From: a virus
Lineage: Duplodnaviria; Caudoviricetes
Length of the DNA: 64,000 nt
Strand: one strand, 5' to 3'
IMG/VR virus record: IMGVR_UViG_2706795344_000001
Span: 1-64,000 of that record
In this document: in pieces, positions 8,398-15,398 of the stretch
Layout: each line of letters starts with the position of its first letter
Position numbering within the stretch: position 1 is the stretch's first letter
Position numbers and translations under genes: made by a program
The notes under the pieces: generated by a model
The model's input: only the letters and a program-made list of their open reading frames with translations
The model's database searches: none
What the model was told of the DNA's origin: nothing

Positions 8398-8549
8398 TCT
8401 CCCGATTGGGTTCGATTCCCGATCGTAACACGCTTTGAAAGTTTGAATATTCATGATAAGTTCAAATGAGTAGATGGGTTGTGTAAGTTGAAGTTAAGAG
8501 CGAGGTGGCTTGTTTCTTCAATGAGAAGGTTCGAATCCTTTGGAGACCA
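8398..8549 (+). ncRNA. tRNA-like RNA A (~152 nt, two T-loop hairpins, CCA end)
   Basis: TCTCC/GGAGA terminal stem plus CCA; T-arm GAAGG-TTCGAAT-CCTTT; second T-loop hairpin at 8403-8425. Confidence 0.6.
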
Positions 8550-8556
8550 ATTTTAT

Positions 8557-8635
8557 TGCCACGAATCCGAGCAAGGTGCATGGACCAGACTGTTAATCTG
8601 AGGTTAGATGGGTTCGATTCCCATAGTGGTAGCCA
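8557..8635 (+). tRNA. tRNA-Asn(GTT)
   Basis: CTGTTAA loop, T-arm, GCCA. Confidence 0.88.
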
Positions 8636-8689
8636 AACAAGTAGTGTGTACTTCTTCCCTCCATTTATGGAGTTCTAGTCGGCACACAG

Positions 8690-8960
8690 GCAGTGAGTAT
8701 AGATATTTGAGATAAACATTGGTTCTCTCATTTCATCGTTTCGAAAGATTCTTACTGTAACAGTTTTGATGCAAAGTGGTTTTCTTTAAAACAGGCTTAG
8801 AAAGATACATTGGTAGCAGAAACAGAGATTAAATTCTCAGGACTTTCAGCCATGTGCCTTGTTAGTTGTTGTCTGTTGGTTGATGTCAGGTATACGTGAT
8901 AGCTGAGGCTTGATAGTATCATCAACGGCTTTGAGGGATAGTGATCATAATACTCATTGC
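8690..8960 (+). ncRNA. Putative ~270-nt structured RNA
   Basis: 11-bp closing stem GCAGTGAGTAT/ATACTCATTGC with several inner hairpins; no ORF of 60 aa or more. Confidence 0.45.
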
Positions 8961-8979
8961 TTACAAAAACCTGAGATTA

Positions 8980-9056
8980 CGGTGTGTTTCGAGAAAGGGT
9001 AATCGACTGCCTTTGGAGCGCAGAATATGTAGGTTCGAGTCCTACCGCACCGACCA
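8980..9056 (+). tRNA. tRNA-Pro(TGG)
   Basis: CGGTGTG/CGCACCG acceptor, TTTGGAG loop. Confidence 0.9.
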
Positions 9057-9062
9057 AATTTA

Positions 9063-9224
9063 GAGACGTGGGCTGTGAACTCAAGAGAGATGAAAGCAAA
9101 AGTAGTCTTGCGAGTAGAGTAGCAGTGCAGTGGAAAGGTAATCGCCATGAAGGATTAACTACTCTGGTGAAAATACATGTTAAGTAGCCAGCAAGATTTG
9201 TGTTGTACAGGCGATAAGCGTCTC
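9063..9224 (+). ncRNA. Putative ~160-nt nested-stem RNA
   Basis: Nested stems GAGACGT/GCGTCTC, AGTCTTGC/GCAAGATT, TAGAGTAG/CTACTCTG. Confidence 0.5.
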
Positions 9225-9261
9225 AATGAGAGTGTAAGTTTTGATACAACACACCTAATAT

Positions 9262-9337
9262 GACTCATTAGCTCAATCGGGAGAGCGCCACACTGTCACT
9301 GTGGAGGTAAGGAGATCGAAACTCCTATGGGTCGCCA
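9262..9337 (+). tRNA. tRNA-Asp(GTC)
   Basis: CTGTCAC loop; T-loop ATCGAAA; GCCA. Confidence 0.9.
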
Positions 9338-9341
9338 AACG

Positions 9342-9602
9342 TTCGAAGCGGATTGACGTAAATGAACAGGTAGCTCCTGTGACTGAGAAGTCTATGATAT
9401 GGTAAGCAAGGCGCTTCCCTTCGAAAATAGTGAGTGGTGTACAACACGAGCGAACTGGTGTAAGGACTACCCAGACATTGCATAGAATTTGTGATGTGAA
9501 AGTCCTGACAGAATTTTAAGAATAGGTTAAAGACTTCCAAACACTCTGTTGAGATGTTAGAGAAGCAAACGGAGCTGAGTACCTATCTCACATAATAGCT
9601 CC
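9342..9602 (+). ncRNA. Putative multi-hairpin RNA
   Basis: Stems TTCGAAG/CTTCGAA, AGGACT/AGTCCT, ACATTGCA/TGTGATGT, GGAGCT/AGCTCC. Confidence 0.35.
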
Positions 9603-9607
9603 CTTTT

Positions 9608-9681
9608 GCTGGTATCGTATAGTGGTATTATGCTGGTCTTGTAATCCAGTCACGGTGGTTCGATTCCTCCTACCAGCACCA
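9608..9681 (+). tRNA. tRNA-Thr(TGT)
   Basis: GCTGGTA/TACCAGC acceptor, CTTGTAA loop. Confidence 0.9.
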
Positions 9682-9709
9682 AGATTTGTGGTAACTTTAG
9701 AGGTTTGTA

Positions 9710-10009
9710 ATGCAACATTTAGCACATGGTAATTTTATTTTAGTTGAGGATACAGAAAATGAATCTGTGACTGATGGTGGTATTGTCTTAGCCAAAGGAG
9801 CTAAAGAGCAAGAGTCCACGAAACGTTCAAAGATTATCTCTATCTCTGAGCAACTATTGCAACGATTTGAAAGTATGAATCATAAGTTTCCATTGAAAGA
9901 AGGTGATTTTATTTATCGTCGTTATTTCTCTGGAACTATGGTTATGACAAAAGACGATAAAACGTATTACGCATTACATGTTGATGATGTATTGTCTAAA
10001 GAGATTTAG
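9710..10009 (+). CDS. groES: Co-chaperonin, GroES/Cpn10-like
   Basis: ILVE...TDGGIVL mobile loop, LKEGD, YYALHVDDVL; 99 aa; GAGGT RBS. Confidence 0.85.
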   Translation: MQHLAHGNFILVEDTENESVTDGGIVLAKGAKEQESTKRSKIISISEQLLQRFESMNHKFPLKEGDFIYRRYFSGTMVMTKDDKTYYALHVDDVLSKEI

Positions 10010-10079
10010 GGTTGACCGCTGGGCGGTGACGAGGCTCCAAACCTTGTCTTGCTACGTTCGATTCGTAGTCGATCTGCCA
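10009..10079 (+). tRNA. tRNA-Trp(CCA), reduced D-arm
   Basis: GGGTTGA/TCGATCT acceptor, CTCCAAA loop, T-arm, GCCA; 71 nt. Confidence 0.75.
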
Positions 10080-10200
10080 TTTAAGCGTTGCATCGTTTAA
10101 AAGGTTTTCATAAGTTTTGACCTCAATAAAGCTTAGTGATTACGCCACATTGGGCTGGTTAGATTGAAATCTAATAAATCCATGTCATGTTGGCTGTAAT

Positions 10201-10276
10201 TGGGACGTAGTGTAGTTGGTTAGCACATGAGACTTTGACTCTCATAGATTCAGTTCGAACCTGAACGTCCCTTCCA
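10201..10276 (+). tRNA. tRNA-Gln(TTG)
   Basis: CTTTGAC loop, cloverleaf, CCA. Confidence 0.9.
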
Positions 10277-10280
10277 TTTT

Positions 10281-10366
10281 AAAGATATGTAATCTTGCTT
10301 CCGTAGAAGGTACTGACAATCTCACCTGATGTGTGCCGAGGTAAGTGGTGAGGATTACATATCTTT
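10281..10366 (+). ncRNA. Putative 86-nt structured RNA
   Basis: 15-bp closing stem AAAGATATGTAATCT/GGATTACATATCTTT; inner CTCACC/GGTGAG. Confidence 0.45.
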
Positions 10367-10371
10367 GTGAT

Positions 10372-10448
10372 GGTGATCATGGTGTAATTGGCTAGCACCG
10401 CGATTTGTGATGTCGTTAGTCTGAGTTCGAGCCTCAGTGATCACACCA
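10372..10448 (+). tRNA. tRNA-His(GTG)
   Basis: Encoded G-1, TTGTGAT loop, A73. Confidence 0.9.
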
Positions 10449-10450
10449 AT

Positions 10451-10524
10451 GCGTGATTGGTATAATGGTATTATGTCTGGCTTCCACCCAGAAGACGAGA
10501 GTTCGATTCTCTCATCCAGCGCCA
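10451..10524 (+). tRNA. tRNA-Gly(TCC); two acceptor mismatches
   Basis: CTTCCAC loop; GCGTGAT/ATCCAGC acceptor. Confidence 0.82.
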
Positions 10525-10530
10525 AATTCT

Positions 10531-10605
10531 GTTCCATTCGACTAGCGGTTAGGTCGCTTCCCTTTCAAGGAAGTAGCACGAGTTCAAATCTCGTATGGAA
10601 TACCA
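10531..10605 (+). tRNA. tRNA-Glu(TTC)
   Basis: CTTTCAA loop, cloverleaf, ACCA. Confidence 0.93.
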
Positions 10606-10613
10606 AATTCTAC

Positions 10614-10762
10614 GGTTCATCCTCCGACAATTCTTTTAAGTTGTGCATGACTTACCTGAGTTGGCTGGTGCTGAGAGGATAAATAGGAATGCTGCTTTAA
10701 GTAAAATGCAAATAGCTTAAAGTAAGGTCTTAGTTGGGTTCGATTCCCAAGTGAACTCCCCA
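10614..10762 (+). ncRNA. tRNA-like RNA B (149 nt; acceptor, T-arm and CCA with an expanded interior)
   Basis: GGTTCAT/GTGAACT 7-bp stem, TTGGG-TTCGATT-CCCAA T-arm, CCCCA tail. Confidence 0.65.
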
Positions 10763-10922
10763 AATTATTAAGAGAAGGTAATTCGCTAATATCGACGGGT
10801 ATTTGATGCTGTATTGATAGGCGCGTTATGAGTTCGACCCTCACAGGCAGGTTGGTTGCTATGCTGAAATTCTAGATTTCTCTACAGTGGCATTAATAGT
10901 GAGTTACCCTCTCTTAATAATT
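10763..10922 (+). ncRNA. Putative structured RNA: ~26-bp closing stem with an internal T-loop hairpin
   Basis: AATTATTAAGAGAAGGTAATTCGCTA pairs with TAGTGAGTTACCCTCTCTTAATAATT; TGAG-TTCGACC-CTCA inside. Confidence 0.55.
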
Positions 10923-10932
10923 TGTTTTAGGA

Positions 10933-11007
10933 ATACCATAATCTAAAGGGACGAAGTGCTGGCTTGCAAACCCAGAATAGTGAGTTCGAGTCTCACATGG
11001 TATTCCA
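10933..11007 (+). tRNA. tRNA-Cys(GCA)
   Basis: TTGCAAA loop, U73, CCA. Confidence 0.85.
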
Positions 11008-11021
11008 AAGCAAATAATAAT

Positions 11022-11099
11022 GTACAGGTGACGGGAACTGGCATACCTATCACGCTTAGAACGTGGTGCTTGTGGGTTCGAAGCCCACCCTGTATACCA
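11022..11099 (+). tRNA. tRNA-Leu(TAG), short variable loop
   Basis: CTTAGAA loop, A73, CCA. Confidence 0.88.
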
Positions 11100-11113
11100 A
11101 TTTAGAGGTTCCT

Positions 11114-11344
11114 ATGTTAGAAGATATCTTAGCTGAAGGTGTTGTTAGTGTTGATTTCTTTAGCCTTGGCAACTTGATGTTAAAGACATCTGAGCGTAGC
11201 TACTGCCTCAATCTTCATAAAAAATTCTTAATGCGTTTTGTTTTAAATGACTCACTTGCCTTAACAGATGAGTGGTTTGATAAAACAGAGGTATTAAGTA
11301 AATCAGATTTTGACAAGTTAATTGAGGTTATCGAGTGTATATAA
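11114..11344 (+). CDS. Hypothetical protein (start revised to MLEDIL)
   Basis: GAGGT RBS just after tRNA-Leu. Confidence 0.65.
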   Translation: MLEDILAEGVVSVDFFSLGNLMLKTSERSYCLNLHKKFLMRFVLNDSLALTDEWFDKTEVLSKSDFDKLIEVIECI

Positions 11345-11634
11345 TTCATTTCGCCCATCAAGTAGATGGGCACAAACGGTTTATCGACCCTATCTTTATG
11401 GAAGCATTAGAACCTAATGATTTCTACGAGATGAGAGATTGGTTTACACGTATCACAAATTCACTCTTTGGATATAGTGAAGAGAAGGCTTCTAAAACAC
11501 TTCTTGACATGATGGCCCAAGAGAACATTCAAATTGGCAAATGGATTAGTATTACATCACCAGATGATGTATCGACATTAGTCTACTGTATTCGCCATGT
11601 CCCAGAAAAAGCTTCATTCCCTAGAGGTGCATAA
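11335..11634 (+). CDS. Hypothetical protein
   Basis: GAGGT RBS, GTG start. Confidence 0.65.
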   Translation: MYIIHFAHQVDGHKRFIDPIFMEALEPNDFYEMRDWFTRITNSLFGYSEEKASKTLLDMMAQENIQIGKWISITSPDDVSTLVYCIRHVPEKASFPRGA

Positions 11635-11889
11635 TTGATTAAAAATAAACTTATCAAGTTTGGCGCATCATGGTGCGCTCCATGTAAATCTGCAAGTAAA
11701 TTCCTTTCCCAATTTGATTCTAATAAATACTTAGAAGTTGACATCACTTCCGATGAAGATTTAGCTGCCAAGTTTGGTATTAAAAATATCCCCACATTCG
11801 TTCTCGTGAATGTCAATGGAGATGAGGTTGACCGATTCACAGGATTCAATCCAGCTCTAATCAAAGAAGCCATCCAAAAGATTAAATAG
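11635..11889 (+). CDS. Thioredoxin
   Basis: FGASWCAPC active site; IPT cis-Pro loop. Confidence 0.92.
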   Translation: MIKNKLIKFGASWCAPCKSASKFLSQFDSNKYLEVDITSDEDLAAKFGIKNIPTFVLVNVNGDEVDRFTGFNPALIKEAIQKIK

Positions 11890-11899
11890 TTTTACCTCA

Positions 11900-11923
11900 A
11901 GCCCGTCCAAGGGCTTTCTTTTT
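11900..11923 (+). terminator. Intrinsic terminator
   Basis: AGCCC-GTCCAA-GGGCT followed by a T-tract. Confidence 0.7.
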
Positions 11924-11979
11924 GAATTTTAAATGATGTAAACAATCAAGCTTACATCCTTTAGAATTTAGGAGTAAAT

Positions 11980-12354
11980 ATGCAGAGAAAAGGTAGTAAT
12001 CAGAGTATCTTACGTATTTTCGATGAACAATTAGTTAAGGATGCAGTTGATAAAGTAAAAGGAATTTTGGTTGACCCTAAGTCTAAAAATTCTGAAATTT
12101 TAAATGCTGCTGATAAAATTATCAAATTTAAATTCATGTTCCAAGATGCTGTTAGACGGCAGACTCTCGATAAAATTGAGATTGAGGACAAAGAATTAAG
12201 ATTAGAAGAACGTAGATTAAGACTAGAAGCCATCCGTGGTGTTGCTAATCCAAACACACCGCCTGAGCAAGTTCGTGCTTATTCAAAGGTGTTTGATCGT
12301 TCGTTTAAACCTGAAGGTTATGATGAAGAAGATGATGACTTAAAGGAAGCGTAA
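11980..12354 (+). CDS. Putative terminase small subunit
   Basis: Abuts terL; helical/coiled-coil 124 aa; the call rests on position. Confidence 0.5.
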   Translation: MQRKGSNQSILRIFDEQLVKDAVDKVKGILVDPKSKNSEILNAADKIIKFKFMFQDAVRRQTLDKIEIEDKELRLEERRLRLEAIRGVANPNTPPEQVRAYSKVFDRSFKPEGYDEEDDDLKEA

Positions 12355-13902
12355 ATGAGAACACCAAAGCAGAAAATTACAGCCACAACAACTGATGAGG
12401 GTATGGATTTATGTACACCAAAGAGTAAGAAGCATTATGACTTTATTTGGTCAGATACTGATATTACAGTCTTTGGTGGCGCTGCTGGTTCTGGAAAAAC
12501 ATGGCAAGGATTGTGTCGCTTTCTTAGATTCGCAAATGAGCCGTTATACCGTGGTTACGTAATTCGTAAAACACAGGCTTCTTTGAAACTAGGTGCTTTC
12601 GATACAGCTATCCGATTGTTTTCAGCATGGGACCCACGAGTCAAGATCAACCGAGTTGATATGACAATTAGGTTCCCTTCTGGAGCAATCATTATCTTTA
12701 AAGGATTAGATGGTCAAGCGTCTATCGAATACTTCCAAGGTCAGGAAATTTCTGGAGCCTTGGTCGATGAGGCAACGCATATCAAATATGACGAGATTTC
12801 ATGGCTAATGACTCGTCTACGTACAAACGCTTCAATCAAGCCTACAGTATGGTTCACCTGTAACCCAGACCCAGATCACTTCATTGCTGAGTGGGTAGAA
12901 CCTTATCTATACCCTAAGAATACATACGAGACAATCAACGGACATTTAGTTGATGTTGGTGGTCGTGTTAATCCAAAAGGTAATGGCCGTGTACGTTGGT
13001 ACTACGTTATCGAAGGTCAATGGTACTGGCGTGATTCAAAAGAAGAGCTTATTGAAGCTTATAAACATTTGATCACTGACCCTAACCAAGTTCCAATGTC
13101 GTTTAGATTCATTGGAGCCACATGTGACGATAACCCAATTCTCTTACGAGATCAACCTACATATAAATCGCAACTGCTAAACAAGACCAAAGTTGAAGCA
13201 GAACGCCTTGTATATGGTAACTGGTACATTCGTGAAGAGGGGGCTGGTTATTGGAAACATTCTTGGTGCAAGATTATCGATAGATTCCCACTTGAGGAAG
13301 ACCCTGACGATAAGATTGAGAAGAGGGTACGATGCTGGGATTTGGCCTACACAGAACCACACGATGCAAACCCCGACCCTGACTATACAGCTTCAGTGCT
13401 GATGGCAAGGACCAAAAAAGGTTTTTACATTGTAGAACATGTGTTACGAGCTAGACGACGTGCTGGTTCATTGTACAAGTATATTGTTGAGACAGCTAAG
13501 GACGATTATAAAACTTATGGAATTATTAACCAATACATTCCAGAGGACCCTGCTGCTGGTAAGTTAACATATTCATTTATTAAAGATTATTGTCGTCAAA
13601 GAGGTATCTTTGTCAATAAGGTGAATGGCAATAAGAAGAATAATAAGCTTGAACGCTTTAAAAACTTCGCTGCTGCATCTGAGAACGGGTCAGTAATGAT
13701 CATGGATACCAAACACTTGAAAGGAATTAAAATCCCTGACAGTGATGATGATAGAAACTGGAATGAATATTACTTCAATGAATTAGAGGTATTTGATGGT
13801 ACGAAAAACGTCAGACATGATGATATGGTCGATGCCACAAGTGATGCCTTCAACGTCTTATATAAGCGACGTAATATCAGGAAGAATGTAAGCATGTTTT
13901 AA
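12355..13902 (+). CDS. terL: Terminase large subunit
   Basis: GGAAGSGKT Walker A, LVDEA Walker B, TCNP, WDLA and HDDMVDA nuclease motifs. Confidence 0.97.
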   Translation: MRTPKQKITATTTDEGMDLCTPKSKKHYDFIWSDTDITVFGGAAGSGKTWQGLCRFLRFANEPLYRGYVIRKTQASLKLGAFDTAIRLFSAWDPRVKINRVDMTIRFPSGAIIIFKGLDGQASIEYFQGQEISGALVDEATHIKYDEISWLMTRLRTNASIKPTVWFTCNPDPDHFIAEWVEPYLYPKNTYETINGHLVDVGGRVNPKGNGRVRWYYVIEGQWYWRDSKEELIEAYKHLITDPNQVPMSFRFIGATCDDNPILLRDQPTYKSQLLNKTKVEAERLVYGNWYIREEGAGYWKHSWCKIIDRFPLEEDPDDKIEKRVRCWDLAYTEPHDANPDPDYTASVLMARTKKGFYIVEHVLRARRRAGSLYKYIVETAKDDYKTYGIINQYIPEDPAAGKLTYSFIKDYCRQRGIFVNKVNGNKKNNKLERFKNFAAASENGSVMIMDTKHLKGIKIPDSDDDRNWNEYYFNELEVFDGTKNVRHDDMVDATSDAFNVLYKRRNIRKNVSMF

Positions 13903-13913
13903 AGGAGTCTTTA

Positions 13914-15398
13914 ATGGCTGAAAGTAAACAAAGTGGGGTAGAAAGAACCTCTAAGGTTTCAAAGGCAGTTCAGCCTGAAATTGGTAACTTAGGTGTCTCT
14001 GTTGACTTCCTAGCCATTTCTAATGACGCTATTAAAGACCTAGCCTTTCCTACTTCCATTTATACATTTGAAGAGATGGCCCGTAGTTCAGTAATCGCTG
14101 CTACGTTAAGTGCCATCAACACCATTGCCAGTAAGGTTGAATATAAGATTGAGCCTTACGATGAAACAGCTACTCACAAGCAGAGAGCTGAGTTCTTAGA
14201 GCAATGTCTATTTAAAGATATGGAAACATCTTTTACACACGCTATTCGTGATGCTCTTACGATGACCAAGTATGGCTTCTCTGTGTTGGAGAAAGTGTAC
14301 AGGTTCAGACGTAGAAAATCTGGTAGTAAGTATAACGACGGTAGAGTTGGTATCAAATACCTTCCAATTCGCTCTCAGAAGTCGATCAGGCGATTTAATT
14401 ACGATGACGCTAATAGGACACTACTTAACATAGAACAAATCCCTATAGGCGTTAGAGGGACCGCTGTACGCACTAATCCAATCAAGATTGATGCTGACAG
14501 AGCTTTAGTGTTCCGAGTCAATCCTACTGGTCTACATCCATATGGTCAATGTCCACTTGCTGATGCTTACAAATCTTGGAGAGTTTTAGAACGCTTACAA
14601 GATATTGAGACAACAAGTGCTAACAGGAACTTAAACGGTATTCCACACTTAACTGCACCTTCTGAGATTCTTGAAGAGGACCCAGATGACCCTGATTCAA
14701 TCAGACGTGTAAGAAAGATTAAAGCTGGTTTATCTGCTATCAGTTCTGGTGAGCAAAGTTATATTACTACACCTTCAGATCGATATGATGCTAACGAAGG
14801 TGGTGCAGCTCAATACGAATTTAAACTTGTTTCTGGTTCAAGTTCACACTTATCAGCATTGTCTGGAATTATTACTCGTTATAACAATGAGACATTCCAA
14901 ACTATGTGTGCCGATGTCCTTACATTAGACAACGGACAAGGTGGTGGTTCAACAAGCTTGACATCAAATAAACAAACAATGTTGGAATCATTCGTACAGG
15001 CTCGTATTAGAGAAATCCTTGAAATTTTGAACAAAGATTTAATCCCAGACCTTTGGCGTAGAAATGGTTGGGACGACACGAAATGTCCAGAAATTCGTCA
15101 TGGAAGAATTGAGAAGATTTCACTAGAAGTTCTCGCAAAAGCTGTACAACAAATGATGGCTACAAACTCTGTACCTATCACTGTTGAAAACATCAACTTC
15201 CTAATGGAAATGTTTGGATTCCCTACACGCTTGAAGAAAGATATGACATTGAAAGAACTTAAAGAAGTTTTAGGTTTTGACGATGAAATGCAAAGTAAAT
15301 CAGGGGCAGGGATGGAGCGAGGTACTGTAGGGCAAGGAACTGCCAAGAAAGTATCTGGCGAAGATAAAAACGCAGCCAATAGAAGTAAGGAGAATTAA
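13914..15398 (+). CDS. Portal protein
   Basis: Follows terL; 494 aa; YGFSVLEKVY and PYGQCPL motifs. Confidence 0.9.
   Translation: MAESKQSGVERTSKVSKAVQPEIGNLGVSVDFLAISNDAIKDLAFPTSIYTFEEMARSSVIAATLSAINTIASKVEYKIEPYDETATHKQRAEFLEQCLFKDMETSFTHAIRDALTMTKYGFSVLEKVYRFRRRKSGSKYNDGRVGIKYLPIRSQKSIRRFNYDDANRTLLNIEQIPIGVRGTAVRTNPIKIDADRALVFRVNPTGLHPYGQCPLADAYKSWRVLERLQDIETTSANRNLNGIPHLTAPSEILEEDPDDPDSIRRVRKIKAGLSAISSGEQSYITTPSDRYDANEGGAAQYEFKLVSGSSSHLSALSGIITRYNNETFQTMCADVLTLDNGQGGGSTSLTSNKQTMLESFVQARIREILEILNKDLIPDLWRRNGWDDTKCPEIRHGRIEKISLEVLAKAVQQMMATNSVPITVENINFLMEMFGFPTRLKKDMTLKELKEVLGFDDEMQSKSGAGMERGTVGQGTAKKVSGEDKNAANRSKEN

Noticed and set aside
8510-8530. Selenocysteine or opal-suppressor anticodon (CTTCAAT) in RNA A
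   Set aside because: The flanking stem is poor and overlaps the T-stem; no in-frame TGA recoding is evident in the genes.
8873-8928. SRP RNA resemblance (CTGTTGGTT, GTCAGGT)
   Set aside because: It lacks the GNRA tetraloop and the AGCAG strand of SRP domain IV.
9495-9515. RNase P-like GAAAGTCC and ACAGAA words
   Set aside because: They are adjacent rather than at opposite ends of the RNA, and there is no P4 pairing.
8398-10762. tmRNA call for either CCA-ended RNA
   Set aside because: Each is about 150 nt, lacks a G3.U70 pair, and has no room for a tag reading frame with pseudoknots.
8109-10844. ORF-track ORFs of 60-81 aa in the RNA cluster (e.g. 8109, 8184, 8954, 8984, 9325, 10355, 10437, 10617)
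   Set aside because: They overlap clear tRNA genes and show no convincing RBS; treated as chance ORFs.
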